Assembly (NCBI GenBank): GCA_017507855.1
Contig: JAFWAE010000015.1
Location: 1,126-65,125 of the forward strand
Direction of reading: 5' to 3'
DNA from: Clostridia bacterium
GTDB lineage: Bacteria > Bacillota > Clostridia > Oscillospirales > RGIG5554
DNA length: 64,000 nt
Part shown: positions 1 to 10,658 of the stretch, piece by piece
How positions within the stretch are numbered: the first letter of the stretch is position 1
Layout of the letters: the number at the start of each line of letters is the position of its first letter
Notes under the pieces: model-generated
Told to the model about the DNA's origin: nothing
Seen by the model: the letters and a program-made list of their open reading frames with translations, nothing else
Database searches by the model: none
Program-made: the position numbers and the translations under genes

Positions 1-154
1 TTTTGATCTTCCTCTTTTCAAAAACGAAGGACGTTCTTCCCGCCAACGGAAACGGCCACCTTATATTTTTTTGACTTTTTTCGAAAAAAAAGAGGATTTT
101 CGCCCTAAAAAAGAGAATATATTCAATAGCACATCAAAACGGGGAGGTCTTACT

Positions 155-1147
155 ATGTCCGGCATTCGCCAACGAATGGAAGCCCTGGAGCAGGAATTGC
201 TGGCTCCCTGGGCCGCCCAAAGCCGTAACGCCCGCCGACGCGAGCCATTGGAGCCCTGCGAGATCCGCACGGCGTACCAGCGCGACCGCGACCGCATCAT
301 CCACAGTAAATCTTTCCGCCGTTTAAAGCACAAGACTCAAGTCTTTCTTTCTCCCGAGGGGGATCATTACCGCACCCGTCTGACTCACACGTTGGAGGTT
401 TGCCAGATCGCCCGCGTCATGGCACGTGCCCTTTGCCTGAATGAAGATCTCACCGAAGCCATTGCCCTGGGGCACGATCTGGGTCACACCCCCTTCGGTC
501 ATGCAGGAGAGCGAGCCCTGGACCGTCTTTGTCCCGGAGGCTTTTCCCACGCCGCTCAATCGGTACGCGTGGCCGAACATATTGACAAGCTGAATCTCAC
601 CGAAGCCGTGCTGGACGGGTTTGCCTGCCACGCCGGGGAAGTATGGGCCTCCACCCAGGAGGGGCGTTTAGTCAAATATGCCGACCGCTTTGCCTACATC
701 AACCACGACATCGACGATGCCATCCGCTCAGGGATCCTGCAAGCTTCGGATATTCCTCAAGAATTTTGCCGCGTACTGGGGAGCTCCCACAGCCAGCGCA
801 TCGATACCATGGTGCGCAGCGTGATTTTTTCCTCGCTGGGCATGCCCCAGGTACGCATGGATCCACAGATCGAAAAGGCCACCATGGGCCTGCGCGCATT
901 TATGTTTGAGGCAGTATATCTCAATCCCGCTGCTAAAAGCGAGGAGGGAAAAGCCGAGGAAATGCTGGCTTTCCTGTACCGCCGTTTAACCCAAGACCCT
1001 ACCCTGCTGCCCCAAGAATACCGTACCTGTCTGGAGGCAGAAGGCCCCGATCGCGCCGCCTGCGACTATTTGGCAGGCATGTCCGACCGCTTCGCCGTGG
1101 CCAAATTCAACGAGCTTTTCGTGCCGCGGGTATGGCAAAAGGTATAA
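155..1147 (+). CDS. dGTPase-like HD-domain triphosphohydrolase
   Basis: ORF 71..1147 trimmed to ATG 155 behind GGGGAGG. HD region RLTHTLEVCQIARVMA...ALGHDLGHTPFGHAGE. Lies directly upstream of dnaG-rpoD. Confidence 0.8.
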   Translation: MSGIRQRMEALEQELLAPWAAQSRNARRREPLEPCEIRTAYQRDRDRIIHSKSFRRLKHKTQVFLSPEGDHYRTRLTHTLEVCQIARVMARALCLNEDLTEAIALGHDLGHTPFGHAGERALDRLCPGGFSHAAQSVRVAEHIDKLNLTEAVLDGFACHAGEVWASTQEGRLVKYADRFAYINHDIDDAIRSGILQASDIPQEFCRVLGSSHSQRIDTMVRSVIFSSLGMPQVRMDPQIEKATMGLRAFMFEAVYLNPAAKSEEGKAEEMLAFLYRRLTQDPTLLPQEYRTCLEAEGPDRAACDYLAGMSDRFAVAKFNELFVPRVWQKV

Positions 1148-1183
1148 AAGCCATATTTTATCATTGGGAAAGGAGGAGACCCT

Positions 1184-2968
1184 ATGCCCCTGCCTCAAGG
1201 CTTTATTGAAGAATTGAAATCCCGCTGTGACATTGTCAACGTCATCAGCACCTATGTGGACTTAAAGCACTCCGGCTCCAATTTGCTGGGTCTTTGCCCC
1301 TTCCATTCGGAAAAAACCGGTTCCTTCTCCGTGTCCCCTTCCAAGCAAATGTTCTACTGTTTCGGTTGCCATGCGGGCGGGGACGTGATCACCTTCGTCA
1401 TGAAAGCCGAAAATTTGGATTACATGGGGGCCATACAGAAGTTGGCCGAAAGCTGCGGCATGACGATTCCGGACGATCCTCATGTGGATACCTCTATGAT
1501 CAAGAAGCGGGAACGCATGTATAGCCTTAACACCTTGGCCGCAAGATGGTTTCACCAACAGCTGCATTCCCCTGCCGGCGCGGCGGGCCTGGATTACCTG
1601 CGCAAGCGCGGGCTGAGCGACAAAACCATCACCAAATTCGGTCTGGGCTTTGCCCCCGACAGTTGGACGGCGTTTACCGATTACGCCATTTCCCAGGGCT
1701 TTACCAAACCCGAACTCAAGGAAGCCTGCCTGGCAGGCGTTTCCTCCAAGACCGGCCGTTACTACGACTTTTTTCGCAATCGGGTCATTTTCCCCGTGTT
1801 GGACGTGCGGGGACGGGTGGTGGCGTTCGGCGGCCGCGTGCTGGACGGAAGCACCCCCAAATACCTCAACAGTGCCGAAACCCCCGTGTATCGCAAAAAA
1901 GGAACGCTTTTTGCCCTGAATTTTGCCAAAAACACGGCGGATAAAAGACTGCTTTTATGCGAAGGCTATATGGACGCGGTGAGTATTCACCAAGCCGGCT
2001 TTATCGGGGCGGTAGCCATCTGCGGCACCTCCTTCACCCCGGAGCAGGCCCGCCTGCTGGCCTCCTGCGGCAACAGCGTCGTCATCATGTGTGACACGGA
2101 CACCGCCGGAAAAGACGCCACCATGCGCGCGCTGGGTCTGCTGGACGAAGCGGGCATTGCCGCCAAAGTATTGGCCCTGCCCGTGGGCAAAGATCCCGAC
2201 GAATTCATTCGCACGAACGGTGCCGAGGCCTTCGGCGCCCTGCTGGATGGGGCTGCGGGCGGCTCCGATTACAAGCTGCTTCAGATCACCTCCCGCTATA
2301 ATTTGGAGGACACCCAACAACGCATTGCCTGTGCCTCGGAGGGCTGCAAAATGCTGGCCAAGCTGCGAAACTCCGTGGAACGTGACGTGTACACTACCAA
2401 GTTGGCCGAGCTTTGTCACGTGCGGGCTGAAACTCTTCGCGACGAGATTTCACGCCTGATGAAGGCCGAGCACAAGGCCGAAAAAGCCCGTTTCGAAAGG
2501 GAAGAGACCCAAAAGATCTCCCGGGTGGATAACCGCCCCGTCCCCGTGCCCGAGCTTCGAAGCGCGCGGGCCGAGGGTGAACTGTTGGGCATGCTGCTGG
2601 TACATCCCGATTTTGTGGCCACAGCCCGTTGCCACGTTACTCCCGAGCAATTCACCCAGCCCTTTTACCGCCGCTTGTACGAGATCCTTTTACAGATACA
2701 GGGCCAAGGGCTTTCCCCGGGGCTGACGGAGCTGGGGCAATACTTTTCCGCCGAGGATATGGGACAGATCGTGTCCCTGCAGTTAAAGCGGGAAGGAATG
2801 ACCAATTCCCCTCAGGTGTTGGGGCAGGTCATACGGGCGATCTTGCAAGACGACACCAAGCGCAAGCAAGGCAGTACTCCCGTTGAAACATCCGATAATT
2901 TAGCAAACTATATTCAAAACGTCAAAAAACAAATGACGGAAAATACAAAAGGGGATCATATCAAATGA
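1184..2968 (+). CDS. dnaG: DNA primase
   Basis: Zinc-finger [13 protein letters not shown]...[12 protein letters not shown] polymerase core, TOPRIM ([21 protein letters not shown]). 4-nt overlap with rpoD. Confidence 0.93.
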   Translation: MPLPQGFIEELKSRCDIVNVISTYVDLKHSGSNLLGLCPFHSEKTGSFSVSPSKQMFYCFGCHAGGDVITFVMKAENLDYMGAIQKLAESCGMTIPDDPHVDTSMIKKRERMYSLNTLAARWFHQQLHSPAGAAGLDYLRKRGLSDKTITKFGLGFAPDSWTAFTDYAISQGFTKPELKEACLAGVSSKTGRYYDFFRNRVIFPVLDVRGRVVAFGGRVLDGSTPKYLNSAETPVYRKKGTLFALNFAKNTADKRLLLCEGYMDAVSIHQAGFIGAVAICGTSFTPEQARLLASCGNSVVIMCDTDTAGKDATMRALGLLDEAGIAAKVLALPVGKDPDEFIRTNGAEAFGALLDGAAGGSDYKLLQITSRYNLEDTQQRIACASEGCKMLAKLRNSVERDVYTTKLAELCHVRAETLRDEISRLMKAEHKAEKARFEREETQKISRVDNRPVPVPELRSARAEGELLGMLLVHPDFVATARCHVTPEQFTQPFYRRLYEILLQIQGQGLSPGLTELGQYFSAEDMGQIVSLQLKREGMTNSPQVLGQVIRAILQDDTKRKQGSTPVETSDNLANYIQNVKKQMTENTKGDHIK

Positions 2969-4071
2969 CGGAAAAACTCACTGAAACCGAACAGAAGATC
3001 AACCACATTTTGGAGATCTGCAAAGTCAAGCACAACATCACCCTCAAGGAACTTGGGGTCATGCTGGAGGACACCGAGCTTTCTCCCGAGGAAACGGAAA
3101 AGGTGTACGACAAGCTGGAGGCCATGGGGGTAGAGATCACCCCGGATGACTCCCAGGACCCCGGCTTTGATGAAAACGAGGAGGAAGTGGAGATCCTCAA
3201 CACTGCCGAAGAAATGGAGCAGGTGCTGGTACAAGAGGGCCTTTTGCTGGATGACCCGGTAAAAATGTACCTCAAGGAGATCGGTAAGGTCCCCTTGCTG
3301 AGCTTTGAAGAGGAGATCGAATACGCCCAGCAAATGCTGGACGGAGATGAAAACGCCAAGCAAAAGATCGTGGAATCCAATCTGCGTTTGGTGGTCAGCA
3401 TTGCCAAACGCTATTTGGGCAGAGGTATGTTTTTTCTGGATCTAATCCAGGAGGGCAATTTTGGCCTGATCAAGGCGGTGGATAAGTTTGACTACCGCAA
3501 GGGCTACAAATTTTCCACCTACGCCACCTGGTGGATCCGCCAGGCCATCACCCGCGCCATTGCAGACCAGGCGCGCACCATTCGCATTCCCGTACATATG
3601 GTGGAAACCATTAATAAGGTCGGCCGTGTCTCCCGCCAGCTCCTGCAGGAGCTGGGGCGCGAGCCCACTCCCGACGAGGTGGCGTCCGAGATCGGCATGC
3701 CTCCCGAGCGCGTGCGTGAGATCTTGAAGCTGGCTCAGGATCCCGTTTCGCTGGAAACCCCCATCGGCGAAGAGGACGACAGCCATCTGGGCGATTTTAT
3801 TGAGGATTACGACGCCCCCTCCCCCTCCGAAACAGCTTCTCAGGCCCTGCTGAAGGAGCAGCTGATGAGTGTGCTGGGCACCCTGACCTCCCGCGAGGAG
3901 CAAGTGCTTCGCCTGCGCTTCGGCCTGGACGACGGCCAACCCCGTACCCTGGAAGAGGTGGGAAAAGCCTTTGACGTGACCCGTGAGCGCATCCGTCAGA
4001 TCGAGGCTAAGGCTCTGCGTAAGCTTCGCCATCCCAGCCGCTCCAAAAAATTACAGGGTTATCTGGAATAA
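2965..4071 (+). CDS. rpoD: primary RNA polymerase sigma factor (sigma-70/SigA)
   Basis: Region 2 [30 protein letters not shown]. Region 4 [30 protein letters not shown]. Confidence 0.95.
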   Translation: MTEKLTETEQKINHILEICKVKHNITLKELGVMLEDTELSPEETEKVYDKLEAMGVEITPDDSQDPGFDENEEEVEILNTAEEMEQVLVQEGLLLDDPVKMYLKEIGKVPLLSFEEEIEYAQQMLDGDENAKQKIVESNLRLVVSIAKRYLGRGMFFLDLIQEGNFGLIKAVDKFDYRKGYKFSTYATWWIRQAITRAIADQARTIRIPVHMVETINKVGRVSRQLLQELGREPTPDEVASEIGMPPERVREILKLAQDPVSLETPIGEEDDSHLGDFIEDYDAPSPSETASQALLKEQLMSVLGTLTSREEQVLRLRFGLDDGQPRTLEEVGKAFDVTRERIRQIEAKALRKLRHPSRSKKLQGYLE

Positions 4072-4136
4072 GCGGGAACTTTTCCTCCTTTTCCACCGTC
4101 TTACCCTCAATCCCCTCCGAAAGGAATTTTTGACCC

Positions 4137-5186
4137 ATGAAAAAATCCGGAAAACTTCGCACAGTGATCACCAACACTCTGCTCGTTGTGGGCATCGTGC
4201 TGCTGGCCTATGCATTGGTGGACAATTTTCTGCCCGTGCTGTTTCCCGTCAAGCCTGCCGACGAGCTGCTGAACATTGATCTGAGCAAGCTGGAAGACGA
4301 CTATGCCGATCTGAACCTGCCCGGCATCATCCTGCCCGTAGAAAAGGACGAGCAAAAGCTGACCCAGGACGAGCACGGCAACATGGTCTCCGTGGCCGAG
4401 TTGACTGCCGCCCAAGCCAGAAAGGAATACCAAAACGGCCAGATGCGCATTCGCATCCCCCGCCTGGATCTGGACTGGATGGTCATCGGCACCGACGATT
4501 CAGCCGCCTTAAAACTGGGCCCCTGCCTGTTTGAAAAAAGCCCCCTGCCTACCATGCCCGGCGGAAACGTGTGCATTGCCGCCCATCGCGAGGTTTACGG
4601 TGCCTGGTTCCTCCACATGGACGATATGCGCATGGGCGATAAGATCTACCTGATCTACGATGGCCAGGTGTTTATCTATCAGGTGGTGCTGGAGCCCTAT
4701 ATCACCGACCCCCACGATTGGAGCATCACGGAAAAGATCCCCGAATATAACGCCGTGACTCTTATGACCTGCCATCCCATCGGCACGTCCAAATCCCGTA
4801 TGATCGTGCGCGGGCAGCTGATCAAGGTGATCCCCATTGAAGAAAGCCCCGAGGACATGGCCAATCAGGCCCAGCAGGATGCGGAGGAGGCCGGGCGCTA
4901 TACCGATCCCGTCACCGGAGATTTTTCTCCGGGCTTAAAGGATCCCAACGAGCTGGATTCCAATTTACCGGATACGGTGGTCCCCGCGCCTGAAACGCAA
5001 CCGCAAACGGCTCCCGCTACCCAGCCTGCTACAGCACCTGCCACCCAGCCCCCTGTAACCGAAGCTCCTCCCGTAACGGAAACACCCGTTGAGACGGAAG
5101 AGCCCCCCGTGACCGAGGAGCCTGTCCCCACCCAGCCCCCCGTAACGGAGATCCCCATTCTTCCCGGCGGTCTCGGCGGTCTGTAA
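4137..5186 (+). CDS. sortase-family transpeptidase with Pro/Thr-rich C-terminal tail
   Basis: N-terminal TM helix, catalytic His (VCIAAHR), TLMTCHP Cys motif, Arg (MIVRGQL). Last 72 aa are PT/PVTE low-complexity. Confidence 0.8.
   Translation: MKKSGKLRTVITNTLLVVGIVLLAYALVDNFLPVLFPVKPADELLNIDLSKLEDDYADLNLPGIILPVEKDEQKLTQDEHGNMVSVAELTAAQARKEYQNGQMRIRIPRLDLDWMVIGTDDSAALKLGPCLFEKSPLPTMPGGNVCIAAHREVYGAWFLHMDDMRMGDKIYLIYDGQVFIYQVVLEPYITDPHDWSITEKIPEYNAVTLMTCHPIGTSKSRMIVRGQLIKVIPIEESPEDMANQAQQDAEEAGRYTDPVTGDFSPGLKDPNELDSNLPDTVVPAPETQPQTAPATQPATAPATQPPVTEAPPVTETPVETEEPPVTEEPVPTQPPVTEIPILPGGLGGL
4968..5183 (+). repeat. low-complexity Pro/Thr/Glu-coding repeat (QPATAPATQP, PPVTE units) in sortase tail
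   Basis: Translated tail PDTVVPAPETQPQTAPATQPATAPATQPPVTEAPPVTETPVETEEPPVTEEPVPTQPPVTE. Confidence 0.7.
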
Positions 5187-5202
5187 ACGTCTACATACAA
5201 TA

Positions 5203-5240
5203 AAAAACGCGCCACGGCTGTGGCGCGTTTTCCTGTTTTG
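5203..5240 (+). terminator. intrinsic terminator after sortase gene
   Basis: Stem AACGCGCCAC / GTGGCGCGTT, loop GGCT, followed by TTCCTGTTTT. Confidence 0.7.
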
Positions 5241-5366
5241 AACGAAGATTATATAGCCGGTCCTTTATCCGTTTTTGCAAATGCCGACAAAAAACGAAAG
5301 ATAACGGACCCGGATCGAGCTTTTAGCGTTGGAAACGTACAAGGCTGTTTGGCAAATCAAGGCTTG

Positions 5367-6068
5367 TCACTTTATATGATCCTTGTAAAAAGGGCATTTT
5401 TCCCGTTTGCACTGATTATTTAAATGTGGGCGAGTGCAGATGACGGGATTTAATTTCATATCGACACGTAATGCTTCCCTTGCAAATTTGATCGCTTCAA
5501 TAACAGCAAGATAGGAATCTCTTTTGCAACAGCGGGGGCCTCCGTGGTTCCCTATCGCCTCCAACGCTCTGGCTGTCATCCGGTTTGACAATCCCCATGC
5601 CTCTTCTGCCAAAGGGGTCGCTTTCAAGACAATGGAAACGAACATTCCCGTACTGATACCCGCCCCGCAAGCGCCCCAAAAACCGCAAACGCCACCGGGG
5701 ACTTGCTTCCCTCTTTTTTGCATTTCCCCAAGTGCAGATTGCAGATCTATGTTACCGCCTGCGTTTTTGTAAGCGGTCAAAAGCGCCGAACCGACCATCG
5801 TATGATGCTCGGGACCGTGCATATGGCAAGACGGCATGCTCATCATTGTTTCCAAAATCTCGATCGGATCATCGGACTTGCTGTTAAGGCAAACAGCAAC
5901 GATCCCGTCCATGCCGCCGGCGTGACATTCGTCACAGACAAAATGCCCGTTGATGCATCTCGTTTTGCTATATTGTTTTTTGTGGCAAAGCACACAGTCC
6001 ATTTCCTCATCGATCTGAAGATACTCCAGCGGTGCTTTGCAAATCAAGCATTCTTCGTTCATCCGCAT
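5367..6068 (-). CDS. Cys/His-rich zinc-ribbon protein (possibly DUF5714-like)
   Basis: ORF 5367..6308 trimmed to MRMNEECLICK (upstream part overlaps the neighbouring gene). CxxC...CxxC...CDEC pairs, then CGFWGACGAG and GGPRCCKRD motifs. Confidence 0.4.
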   Translation of the reverse strand: MRMNEECLICKAPLEYLQIDEEMDCVLCHKKQYSKTRCINGHFVCDECHAGGMDGIVAVCLNSKSDDPIEILETMMSMPSCHMHGPEHHTMVGSALLTAYKNAGGNIDLQSALGEMQKRGKQVPGGVCGFWGACGAGISTGMFVSIVLKATPLAEEAWGLSNRMTARALEAIGNHGGPRCCKRDSYLAVIEAIKFAREALRVDMKLNPVICTRPHLNNQCKREKCPFYKDHIK

Positions 6069-6129
6069 TCCCTTTCCGAGTTCTTCTTTGCGCAATTGCT
6101 TGTCCCGCTTCTCGGGCAGAGCCTTTCGG

Positions 6130-6966
6130 TTAAAAAAGCTTCGCGTCCTGCGGTGTCTCTTGTTTGGCAGAAGCGGCGGGAGTGGGGATGAAATGCCTGG
6201 CGATCTTCCCCTTCCCCCGAGTCTTGGTATAGAAAAAGCCGATAACGGAAAAAACCAAGGCGCCGATAAAATTGACGAACATATCCTCCATGGTGTCCAG
6301 CAGACCAATATCCAGGTACCCGCCGTATACCGCCGTCCAGTCCTGCCCGTTTACGATCACGCTTTGAACAGGCAAATGCACCACGTGATTCAGCCCGGCG
6401 GGATCCAGGGCCACAGAATTGATTTGAGTGATAACGGAATCCTTTTGCATATCAATGGCAAAAAGGCTATCCGCCGCAAATTCAAAAAACTCCCAAAGCA
6501 CGGCGATGGTCATGGAAAAGCAAAAAGCCACCAAGGCGGTAAAAAACGGGGATAAAGAAAAGGAAAAGCGGTCGTTGCGATTGAGCAGATCTACCATGGA
6601 AAAGCCGATGGCCGCCGCCAGAAAGCCGTTTACGGTATGTAAAAGCAGATCCCAATGGGGAAAACGGGTAAAAAAGCTTTGGATCTCCCCCAAGATCTCG
6701 GCCGCAAACACAAAAAGCAGCACCACAATCTCCAGCGCATCGGGCAACTCGATGTGGAAATTGACCTCCACAAAGGACGGCAACAAAAACAGCACCAGGG
6801 TCAGCACACATAGAAACACGTTTTCATAATTTCCGTTCAACAGCTGAAACACCAGGGTGATCAGCACCAGCACGCGCAGCACCACGTACAGGGCAAAAAC
6901 ACCCTTGTGCTCACGGATACGCTGCTTCAATTGAGCGCCTCTCGTTTTCGCCGTTCTTTTTTTCAT
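6130..6966 (-). CDS. polytopic membrane protein, function unknown
   Basis: 278-aa ORF with several hydrophobic helices and a basic N-terminus. No motif I can name. Confidence 0.5.
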   Translation of the reverse strand: MKKRTAKTRGAQLKQRIREHKGVFALYVVLRVLVLITLVFQLLNGNYENVFLCVLTLVLFLLPSFVEVNFHIELPDALEIVVLLFVFAAEILGEIQSFFTRFPHWDLLLHTVNGFLAAAIGFSMVDLLNRNDRFSFSLSPFFTALVAFCFSMTIAVLWEFFEFAADSLFAIDMQKDSVITQINSVALDPAGLNHVVHLPVQSVIVNGQDWTAVYGGYLDIGLLDTMEDMFVNFIGALVFSVIGFFYTKTRGKGKIARHFIPTPAASAKQETPQDAKLF

Positions 6967-6982
6967 GAAGATTTCCTTTCTT

Positions 6983-7966
6983 TTACAAATGAAGCTTTTT
7001 CAGCAGACCCTTTAAATAGTCTCTCCCGCCGAATACGCGCTCTTCAAATTGCTCGGCATAAGGAATGGCCTCGTATTCCTCCACAGTAGGCACGCGCCCC
7101 TCATCAATGTCCTTCTGCCCCTGCCAGGCCATTTGCACAAAAGAGGCCAACTCCAAGGCCGAAAGCTGGGGAATGCGCGCCAGCCACTCCGGCTGGAAGA
7201 TCTTGGCCACAAACAGCCACTTGTGGTCCTCGATGGACAGCTGAAGATCGGGGTGATACTCGGCCAGCATGGGAAGGATGGTTTCAAAATCCACCTGTCC
7301 TTGTCCGGGCCCGCGTCCCTGGCGCATGACTCCCTGGTCGCAAAGGCTCAGCCTTCCGTCCTTAATATGGGTCACACGGGTATAGGGCGCCACGCGCTTA
7401 GCCGTTTCCACCGGGTCCTCCGCGGCCACCAAAGCATTGGCAGTGTCAAAGCATACGCCGATCACGTCGTCGCCCACCTCGTGCACCACACGCAACACGT
7501 CAAAGGAAGGCTCGCCGTGGTTTTCAATATTCAAATGCATCCCGCAATCCAGCAGCAGGGGCTTAAGCTCCTTCAGCATACGCATACCGATGCTCATCTG
7601 CTCCTCCCAGGGGATGGGATTGTCGGTAAATTTTTCGTTATCAAAATGGAATCCGCAGCGGGGATCCAACCAGCCGGCCTTGGCACAAACGCGGATCTCC
7701 TTTTCCAGCTGTTGCTTCAGCTCCCCGTAGGTCTTCCCTGCGCGAACAGGCACGGGGGGCCAAACGTTGGCATTGGTAAAAAGGCCCATGTCTGCGGCGC
7801 GATCGGCCAAAGCCTTGGCCTCATCGCCGTTATACGTAGGCGTAATGGAATCGACAAATCCCAAATGGATCCCATCGAACCCGTTTTTAGCCGCAAACTC
7901 CACCATTTGTTCCGCTGTCAGCGGCATTTCGTGCAGGGTAAAAGCTTGCAATCCTACCTTCATCAT
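6983..7966 (-). CDS. sugar phosphate isomerase/epimerase (xylose isomerase-like TIM barrel)
   Basis: 327 aa. Pattern GFDGIHLGF...NIENHGEP...CFDTANA...HIKDG is typical of AP-endonuclease-2/xylose-isomerase-like TIM barrels. Confidence 0.7.
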   Translation of the reverse strand: MMKVGLQAFTLHEMPLTAEQMVEFAAKNGFDGIHLGFVDSITPTYNGDEAKALADRAADMGLFTNANVWPPVPVRAGKTYGELKQQLEKEIRVCAKAGWLDPRCGFHFDNEKFTDNPIPWEEQMSIGMRMLKELKPLLLDCGMHLNIENHGEPSFDVLRVVHEVGDDVIGVCFDTANALVAAEDPVETAKRVAPYTRVTHIKDGRLSLCDQGVMRQGRGPGQGQVDFETILPMLAEYHPDLQLSIEDHKWLFVAKIFQPEWLARIPQLSALELASFVQMAWQGQKDIDEGRVPTVEEYEAIPYAEQFEERVFGGRDYLKGLLKKLHL

Positions 7967-8107
7967 AAAACTGTCACGCTCCCTTTGATCTTTGGTTTCA
8001 TTCTATCATAAAAAGCCAAAAAAGGAAAGGCCGAGTCCTATAAAAACATGGACTTTTTCAAGAAATTATGATATACTGTTTCAATCAACACGGCGAGGAG
8101 GTTGCCT

Positions 8108-9298
8108 GTGAAAAAAAAGAAAAAGACACCGAAAAATAAAGTCAAGCAGGAAAAGCAGCGCTCTTCTCCTTGGATGAAGACCCTGCGCAACACCGTACTG
8201 CTGCTTTTGGTGGCAGCCATCTGCTTTACCGTATACACCTACCGTGGAGAAATCACCACAGAGAATCTCCGTCAGTTTTTCGCAAGCATTCGCCTGTTCT
8301 CTGCCGGCAGTGAGGAGGAGATCCCCATTCAGTTTCCCGCCTCTGCCTCCAACCGTTTTGCGTCCTTTAAAAAGGGGCTGGTGTTGGCGAACGGAGAACA
8401 GGTCCTGCTGTTTTCCCCGTCGGGTAACGAGGAACTGTGTGTGGATCTGGCCCTGTCCTCGCCGTTGCTGTTTGCCTCCGAAAAATACGTGTTTGCCTTT
8501 TCCTTGGGAGATACCCAAGTATCTGTGATCGACTCTCTTTCCGTCAGCCGCACCGTTAACAGCGACCTGCCTGTGTACGGCGGCGCATTCGACGACAAAG
8601 GCGGCCTGGTGCTGGTTAACGAGAGCGCCTCCGGCCAGTCCTCCTGCGTGACCCTGTACGACACCCGTTTCCGTCAGCTGTGGAGGCAAAACTTTTCCAG
8701 CCGCTTCGTCGCCTGCGCCGATGTGAATGCCCGCGGGGACTGCGCTGTGGCGGCTTACGACGTGGCCAACGGCGACTACGTGTCCCAGTTGCTGTGCTTC
8801 TCCTCTAAGGGCGAGACCCTGTTTTCCCTTTCCCTGCCCAAACTGCTGATCCTGCATCTGGAATATCTGGCCGATGGGGATCTGTTGGTCATCGGCGAAA
8901 ACCGCGCCCTGGTGCTGGATGCCAAAACGGGTACCCAAACCAATGAAACAGAATACCGCAATTACCGTGTCAAAAGCATCCGAAGCTCCACCCAAGGCGT
9001 AGCGCTGACGCTGGAGTTGGGAGATATTGCCGGTCGGGGCCGTGTGATCTGTATAGATGAAAAGGGGCGCACAGCCGCTGATCTAACGCTTAACGACACT
9101 CCTTTGGATGCCTTGTGGGACGGACGGACGGCTTACGTATTGGGCTTAGGGGTATGCCGCCGCTATGAGACAGACGGTACGCGCCTGTCAGACCTGGATA
9201 CGGAAGCGGACGCCACTGCGTTACTGCCTGTTTCGGACCGTGCTTTTTATATTATTCACGCCAACCATGCAGAAAAGGTGACCGTTTCTGCCAAATAG
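8108..9298 (+). CDS. membrane-anchored repeat protein (DUF5711-like), function unknown
   Basis: GTG 8108 lies 6 nt after GAGGAGG. Lys-rich N-terminus, one TM helix, then a roughly 330-aa beta-rich ectodomain. Confidence 0.5.
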   Translation: MKKKKKTPKNKVKQEKQRSSPWMKTLRNTVLLLLVAAICFTVYTYRGEITTENLRQFFASIRLFSAGSEEEIPIQFPASASNRFASFKKGLVLANGEQVLLFSPSGNEELCVDLALSSPLLFASEKYVFAFSLGDTQVSVIDSLSVSRTVNSDLPVYGGAFDDKGGLVLVNESASGQSSCVTLYDTRFRQLWRQNFSSRFVACADVNARGDCAVAAYDVANGDYVSQLLCFSSKGETLFSLSLPKLLILHLEYLADGDLLVIGENRALVLDAKTGTQTNETEYRNYRVKSIRSSTQGVALTLELGDIAGRGRVICIDEKGRTAADLTLNDTPLDALWDGRTAYVLGLGVCRRYETDGTRLSDLDTEADATALLPVSDRAFYIIHANHAEKVTVSAK

Positions 9299-9308
9299 GA
9301 GGGCAGAT

Positions 9309-10658
9309 ATGCTTAAAAACAAAGCTTGGATGAAGCTGGATAACGCCGCTAAGATCTACCCCGCAGCCAAACGCCGAAACTGGACGGCGCTTTTCCGCCT
9401 TTCTGCCGAATTGGACGAGCCGGTGGACCCCCTGATCCTGGAACAGGCCCAGCGAAATACCGTAGCTCGTTTTCCTTTTTATGCCCAACGTCTGCGCCGA
9501 GGCCTGTTTTGGTTTTATTTGGAACAGTTGGAGGGAACACCTCCCGTGCAAAAAGACGTGGCCAACCCCTGTGTGCGTATGAGACTGAAGGAAAACGGCG
9601 GCTTTATGTTTCGGGTGCGCTATTACGATCGCCGTATCGCTGTGGAATTCTTTCACGTATTGACCGACGGAGCCGGGGGTTTGATCTTTTTAAAAACGTT
9701 GGTGGCCGAATACCTACGGCTGAAGCACGGCCTGCAGATTCCACCCTGTGAAGGAGTGGCAGACTGTGCGGACAGCCCCTCTGCCGAGGAAGCCGAGGAT
9801 GCCTACGCCCGCTTTGCCCGCCGTATCGGCGCCTCGCGCAAGGAGGAGCCTGCTTTTTTCATACGCGGCACGGATGAAAACGACGAGCTGGTGCATATCA
9901 CCACAGGCATGCTTTCGGTGGAGCCTCTCAAAATCCTTTGCCACCAAAAAAACGTGTCTCTGACCGAATATCTGACCGCCGTACTGATCTTGGTCATTCA
10001 AAGCATTCAGGCCCGCTGCATCCCCAACCAACGGCACCACAAGCCCGTAAAGATCTGTGTGCCCGTCAACTTGCGTCAATTTTATCCCACGCGCACCATG
10101 CGCAATTTTGCCAGCTATGTCAACGTGGGTATCGAGCCTAAATACGGTGAATACGATTTTGACGAGATCCTGACTGCCGTCCATCACGGCATGGGGGCAG
10201 AAGCCACGGAGAAAAAGCTGAATGCCAAAATCTCTGCCAATATAAACAGCGAGCGCAATCGCCTGCTCCGCTTTGCCCCTTTGTTTTTAAAAAACGCCGC
10301 GCTGAAGCTGACCTTTCATTTAGTGGGGGACCGCTTGAGCAGTAGCAGTATCTCTAATTTGGGCGTGGTGCGCTTGCCCGAGGAGATGACCCCTTACGTC
10401 AAAAGAATGGATTTTGTTTTGGGGCCCCTTTCCAAGACCCGCGTCGTATGCGCCGTCCTTTCCTACAACGGCTGTGTAAACATTAACTTCACCCGCAAGA
10501 TCCGCGAATCTGCCGTAGAGCGGGAGTTTTTCCGCTTTTTGGTACGGCAGGGTCTACATGTCAAGGTGGAAAGCAACCGCTTAAGCCTTACAAGACCTGC
10601 CCGCTCATTTTCCGTCAAGGAGGAAGCCTCATGTCCTACTGCGTTCACTGCGGAGTAG
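9309..10658 (+). CDS. condensation/alcohol-acetyltransferase-like acyltransferase (HxxxDG)
   Basis: AGGAGG before the ATG. FHVLTDGAGG matches the HxxxDG catalytic motif of the condensation/WES/PapA5-type acyltransferase superfamily. Confidence 0.55.
   Translation: MLKNKAWMKLDNAAKIYPAAKRRNWTALFRLSAELDEPVDPLILEQAQRNTVARFPFYAQRLRRGLFWFYLEQLEGTPPVQKDVANPCVRMRLKENGGFMFRVRYYDRRIAVEFFHVLTDGAGGLIFLKTLVAEYLRLKHGLQIPPCEGVADCADSPSAEEAEDAYARFARRIGASRKEEPAFFIRGTDENDELVHITTGMLSVEPLKILCHQKNVSLTEYLTAVLILVIQSIQARCIPNQRHHKPVKICVPVNLRQFYPTRTMRNFASYVNVGIEPKYGEYDFDEILTAVHHGMGAEATEKKLNAKISANINSERNRLLRFAPLFLKNAALKLTFHLVGDRLSSSSISNLGVVRLPEEMTPYVKRMDFVLGPLSKTRVVCAVLSYNGCVNINFTRKIRESAVEREFFRFLVRQGLHVKVESNRLSLTRPARSFSVKEEASCPTAFTAE

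Noticed and set aside
5220-5423. 67-aa + strand ORF after the sortase gene
   Set aside because: Its start codon lies inside the terminator stem, and it has no SD.
7049-8995. 320-aa (+) and 304-aa (-) ORFs antisense to the TIM-barrel and DUF5711-like genes; similarly 26814..27731
   Set aside because: They mirror recognised genes, have low-complexity translations and have no ribosome-binding sites.
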